A stretch of 40,009 nucleotides of DNA. It comes from an archaeon. Lineage in GTDB: Archaea > Iainarchaeota > Iainarchaeia > Iainarchaeales > 1-14-0-10-31-34. Shown here piece by piece: positions 36,448-40,009 of the stretch. The notes under the pieces were generated by a model. It was not told where the DNA came from. It was given only the letters and a program-made list of their open reading frames with translations, and made no database searches. Location: NCBI GenBank assembly GCA_043815885.1, contig JBDRIL010000031.1:1-40009 (forward strand). The letters run 5' to 3'. The first letter of the stretch is position 1, and each line of letters starts with the position of its first letter. The position numbers were made by a program, and so were the translations under genes.

Positions 36448-38052
36448 TTGGGTATTATATATAAATCAGGGGTGAGGTATTTGGGTAAAAATGAAGAGAA
36501 TAAAGTGAAGTCAAAAAAGAGTTTTTTTAGCGGAAACCACAGGTTTTTTTCTTTAATAATTGTGCTTGTTGTGGGAATGAGTGTTGGATACATTGGATTT
36601 AACCAATTTAATTCAACTCCTTTTGTTGTATTGCCAACAAATACTCCTGTAGTTAAGGAGAAAGTCAATCCTGACGCTGTTCCTGTTGAATTGTTTGTAA
36701 TGAGCCAGTGCCCTTATGGAGTAATGGCAGAGGACGCATTAATTCCTGTATTAAAGGAATTCGGAAAGGATGTTGATTTCACTCTTTACTTTATTGCCAG
36801 TGAAACAGAAACCGGCTTCAATTCATTGCACGGAGCGCCTGAATTGAATGAGGATTTAAGGCAGATCTGTATTGCAGAAAATTATTCTCAGGAAACCTTT
36901 TTCAATTACCTTGCCTGCGTAAACCCTGATTATAGTAATGTTACTGATATTTGGGAAGGGTGTGCTTCAAGCAATGGAATTGATGTGCAGAAAATAAAGA
37001 ATTGTTCTGAATCAGTGGAAGCTGAAAACATCTTAAAAGAACACATCAGGAAAGGAGACGTATTAGGGGTAACAGGATCTCCTACTTTTTACTTCAATGG
37101 AGAACGCTATTCAGGAAACCGTACGGCAAATGCCTTTACCAGGGCAATATGTGAAAGTGCCCCTGAATCAAAGGTCTGCGGGGAATTGCCTCCTGAAGTG
37201 GAAGTGAATCTGTTTGTAGTAAATGATTTGGAGTGTGAGTTATGCGATGCAAGCAGCATAATCGCTCAGGTTAAGGCAATCTTTCCTAAACTAAAGGTGG
37301 AGGAAATTGATTTTTCCAGTGAAGAAGGACAGATTCATATAAAAAATTTTGGTGTTGAATCAGTTCCATTCTTCTTCTTTGATGAAACAGTCGAAAAGCA
37401 CGAGAATTACGCTACAATTGAGAGATATCTTGTAAAGAAAAACAAGTACTTTGAGTTAAAGGTTTCAGGAATTAAATTCACTGAAAGAGAAGAAGTGGCC
37501 AACCACGTGGACTTGTTTGTAATGAGCCAGTGCCCTTACGGAACAATGGCTGAGGCTGCATTAATAGAGATAACAGAAGCAATTCCTGATTTAACCTACA
37601 GCATTCATTTCATTGCAACTGACACTCCTGAAGGATTTGTTTCACTTCATGGAGAACCTGAAGTTGCAGAAGACACTAGACAGGTATGCGTAATGAAGTA
37701 TAATGAAGACAAATTACTTGATTACCTGGAGTGTGTAAATGAAGACTATGGTAATGCCGGAACAGTGTGGAAGGGATGTGCTACTAATGCAGGAATTGAT
37801 GTGAGCAAAATAGAAGCCTGTAGTACGACAGAAGAGGGAGAGAATTTATTGAAGGAAAACATTATCTTAAGTAATGAAATAGAGGTAAATGCTTCCCCTA
37901 CATTCTTATTGAACAACACAATAACCTTTGGGGGCATTTACGCTGAACAAATAAAGCAGAACATTTGTTCAGTGAATGAATTGGATGGATGTGAGAAGAC
38001 TCTTTCAGGCCCAACCTCAACTCCCTCTACCGGCGGAGACCCTTCCTGTTAA
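36448..38052 (+). CDS. Membrane-anchored protein with three thioredoxin-fold domains (two DsbA/GILT-like repeats around a CxxC domain); TTG at 36481 may be the start
   Basis: Duplicated LFVMSQCPYG...F.SLHG.PE..ED.RQ.C...SPTF; central CELC...VP. Confidence 0.85.
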   Translation: MGIIYKSGVRYLGKNEENKVKSKKSFFSGNHRFFSLIIVLVVGMSVGYIGFNQFNSTPFVVLPTNTPVVKEKVNPDAVPVELFVMSQCPYGVMAEDALIPVLKEFGKDVDFTLYFIASETETGFNSLHGAPELNEDLRQICIAENYSQETFFNYLACVNPDYSNVTDIWEGCASSNGIDVQKIKNCSESVEAENILKEHIRKGDVLGVTGSPTFYFNGERYSGNRTANAFTRAICESAPESKVCGELPPEVEVNLFVVNDLECELCDASSIIAQVKAIFPKLKVEEIDFSSEEGQIHIKNFGVESVPFFFFDETVEKHENYATIERYLVKKNKYFELKVSGIKFTEREEVANHVDLFVMSQCPYGTMAEAALIEITEAIPDLTYSIHFIATDTPEGFVSLHGEPEVAEDTRQVCVMKYNEDKLLDYLECVNEDYGNAGTVWKGCATNAGIDVSKIEACSTTEEGENLLKENIILSNEIEVNASPTFLLNNTITFGGIYAEQIKQNICSVNELDGCEKTLSGPTSTPSTGGDPSC

Positions 38053-38081
38053 ATCTGATTCTTTTCTTTTTTTTATTTTTT

Positions 38082-38111
38082 CGCCACTGCTTTTTCTAAA
38101 AGCGGCGTTTT
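38082..38111 (+). repeat. Hairpin repeat (type 2) between convergent genes; possible terminator
   Basis: CGCCACTGCTTTT-TCT-AAAAGCGGCGTTTT preceded by a long T-rich tract. Confidence 0.72.
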
Positions 38112-38120
38112 TCTATTCTT

Positions 38121-38732
38121 TTAAAATAAATTAATTATCGGTTTCTTGAATTTGCTGTAAATCAGGAATGCAAGCAAAGTGAAGAAAATTGAAGCAGTAA
38201 TTGTGAATAAAGCCATGAATTCAATTGCAGTGGAAGGAATTGGGGGGCGAATTACTGAATTGGTTATCCCTAGTGATTGGAAAAAATAATCTGCTGCATC
38301 ATTCAGCAGGAACCATAAAAGTGCTAATGGCAGAAAATAATTCCTTAATTTTATTCTTCCGTTAAGCAAAAAGACTTCCAGGAATAATCCAATGTGGCCG
38401 AATAAGAGGACGAAGTAAATAAATGACGTGGCTGGAGAAAAGTAATAGGAAGAGTAATTAAGCAGGACAAATACAGTCCAGAAGCCGTATTTTAGTGCTC
38501 CTGCAGCTGAAATAAAGTAAAGGAGGTTAAAGGACTTATTTAATTTAATCAGGATAAGGGTTAGCGCCATTAATAGTGCATAGAGAGGGCAGTCAATTAC
38601 AAATATCCAGTAGAGTGGCTCTGTTTGGAGGAGCTGTTCTCCGTAAAAAAAGAATAACCCATAAAGAAATCCAATGAGATTGCATATTATAATCAATGCG
38701 AGTAAATTGGTTTTATTTATTAAATTCATCAA
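38121..38732 (-). CDS. DUF1405-like membrane protein
   Basis: N..G..YG...Y..QL, W.FV.DCP, KYG.W, H, W..LND..DY motifs. Confidence 0.8.
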   Translation of the reverse strand: MMNLINKTNLLALIIICNLIGFLYGLFFFYGEQLLQTEPLYWIFVIDCPLYALLMALTLILIKLNKSFNLLYFISAAGALKYGFWTVFVLLNYSSYYFSPATSFIYFVLLFGHIGLFLEVFLLNGRIKLRNYFLPLALLWFLLNDAADYFFQSLGITNSVIRPPIPSTAIEFMALFTITASIFFTLLAFLIYSKFKKPIINLF

Positions 38733-38784
38733 AAAATAGTTGATTCATTTATTATTTAATTACTTTCCCTTCACTATTATTACT

Positions 38785-39057
38785 GTGGGCTAGGTTGGAG
38801 TGTCAGCGGTACTCTGTTGCCTGAAATCCGCTTTATGCAGGAACCGAAGCCTTTGAAGGCGAGTTCATTTCTTGGAAGAGAATCCTTATTCAATCTATGA
38901 ACTTTCGTCCCGAAGATTAGGCTTTAAAGCCAATCCGCCAGGTTCGGAAGAAAGCAACGGTAACTCTATTGCTTAATGCTTTTGGGATTCACGGAAGGAA
39001 GAAAGAGTAAGGGCAATTCTTTTTCAGGAATTGAATTCCACTTTAAGGCGCGCCCAC
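38785..39057 (+). ncRNA. ffs: Signal recognition particle (SRP/7S) RNA, ~273 nt
   Basis: Terminal helix GTGGGC/GCCCAC; Alu domain with AGCGG/CCGCT loop-loop complementarity; helix 8 CCGCCAGGTTCGGAAGAAAGCAACGG; AT-rich promoter upstream and T-tract downstream. Confidence 0.93.
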
Positions 39058-39066
39058 ACTTTTTTT

Positions 39067-39180
39067 ATTGTATGCCGAAGGTATGCAATGTTTTTTTGAT
39101 AAAACTCCCAATTTGAGTGGAACTCAAATGGGCTCCTTTGAATCCTTGGATTCAAATAGGGTTTTCTAAAAGTTTTTTAC
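39067..39180 (-). repeat. Double-hairpin repeat (type 1) interrupted by a 55-bp insertion (39107-39161)
   Basis: ATTGTATGCC-GAA-GGTATGCAAT G TTTTTTTGATAAAACT [55 bp] TTTTCTAAAAGTTTTTTAC. Confidence 0.8.
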
Positions 39181-39191
39181 TCAAAATAATT

Positions 39192-40009
39192 TTATTTTAC
39201 TGGTTCAAACCTGCTCCAGAAATGCCTTAATACTGGAGATTCAAAACTGAATTTCAGTCCTTTGATTGAATCCTTTCTTTCCTTTATTTTCTTCATTGCC
39301 TCTATAATGTAATCCATATGTTCTTTCAGGTAAACCCTTCTGGGAATGGTTAAACGCATTAAATCAAGTTTTGGAATTACGTTTTCTCCTGTTTTTGGGT
39401 CTCTTCCTGCCATTACTGTTCCGATTTCGACTCCTCTTATTCCTGCTTCGAGGTATAATTCTGCTGAAAGTGAAAAAGAGGGAAATTGTTCTTGGGGAAT
39501 TTGATGAAGAAACTTTTTTCCATCAATGAATACTGCATGGCCTCCTACTGGTTTCATTATAGGGATCCCTGCTTTGGCTAAAGATTCTCCTAAATATCTT
39601 ACTTGGGCAATTCTTGCTCTGAGGTAATCCTCTTCAATTCCTTCTCTCAAGCCTACTGCAATTGCCTCCATTTCCCTTCCGCTCATTCCTCCATAGGTTG
39701 GATAGCCTTCAAACAATATGGCGAAAGGAACGCATTTATCGAATAATTCTTTTTCCCTGAATGCAAGAAATCCTCCCATGTTCACTATTGCTGCTTTCTT
39801 TGCACTCATTGTACATCCGTCAACAAAGGAAAACATTTCCTTCACTATTTCCTGAATGCTTTTCTTTTCATATCCTTTCTCTCTTTGCTTTATGAAGAAT
39901 GCATTTTCTGAAAACCTTGCTGCATCAAAGAAAAGCTTTATCCCGTATTTATCGCATAATTCCCTTACTCCCTTTATGTTCTGCATTGATGCAGGCTGGC
40001 CGCCTCCTG
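39192..40009 (-). CDS. tnaA: Tryptophanase / tyrosine phenol-lyase family PLP enzyme (5' end outside window)
   Basis: Frame is open to the window edge (GGGQPASM); DAARF.EN, MSAKK, EG.PTYGG, GGHAVF, RL.IPRRVY, LRHF. Confidence 0.9.
   Translation of the reverse strand, partial: GGGQPASMQNIKGVRELCDKYGIKLFFDAARFSENAFFIKQREKGYEKKSIQEIVKEMFSFVDGCTMSAKKAAIVNMGGFLAFREKELFDKCVPFAILFEGYPTYGGMSGREMEAIAVGLREGIEEDYLRARIAQVRYLGESLAKAGIPIMKPVGGHAVFIDGKKFLHQIPQEQFPSFSLSAELYLEAGIRGVEIGTVMAGRDPKTGENVIPKLDLMRLTIPRRVYLKEHMDYIIEAMKKIKERKDSIKGLKFSFESPVLRHFWSRFEPVK

Noticed and set aside
855..37937. Many short or antisense ORFs in the track (e.g. 7011-7511, 8800-9522, 23778-24299, 30197-30706)
   Set aside because: They are F/S/L-rich shadows of K/E-rich genes on the opposite strand or alternative frames of well-supported genes.

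Overview
Core chromosomal window of a low-GC archaeon. The gene set (A-type ATP synthase operon, RadA, RPA, Pus10, eIF6, S19e/L39e/L31e/LX, GGGP synthase, BHB tRNA introns, cysteine-rich surface proteins and several bacterial-type cofactor genes) suggests a DPANN lineage such as Diapherotrites/Iainarchaeota; this placement is inference. The first 4.5 kb is an accessory zone: three intron-containing tRNAs (Gly-GCC, Gly-TCC, Lys-CTT), a free-standing LAGLIDADG endonuclease, a multi-hairpin RNA-like leader, and a 752-bp toxin-antitoxin mini-island bounded by an 18-bp duplication of the tRNA-Lys 3' end. The rest is mostly housekeeping, plus an SRP RNA and a partial tryptophanase gene. The least explained signal is a dispersed family of short triloop-hairpin repeats with core CTTTT-NNN-AAAAG, often paired with a GTATRCC-GNA-GGYATRC hairpin. 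Copies lie inside a tRNA intron, inside the ATP synthase operon, in intergenic gaps and in-frame in the atpB tail, and one copy is interrupted by a second 55-bp double-hairpin element. Other oddities are an Rpp21-CoaE fusion, an SRP RNA with no apparent helix 6, structured leaders before rps19e and radA, and two probable single-base deletions in rpl39e and rpl31e. All pairings and family calls were made by eye; no searches were run.
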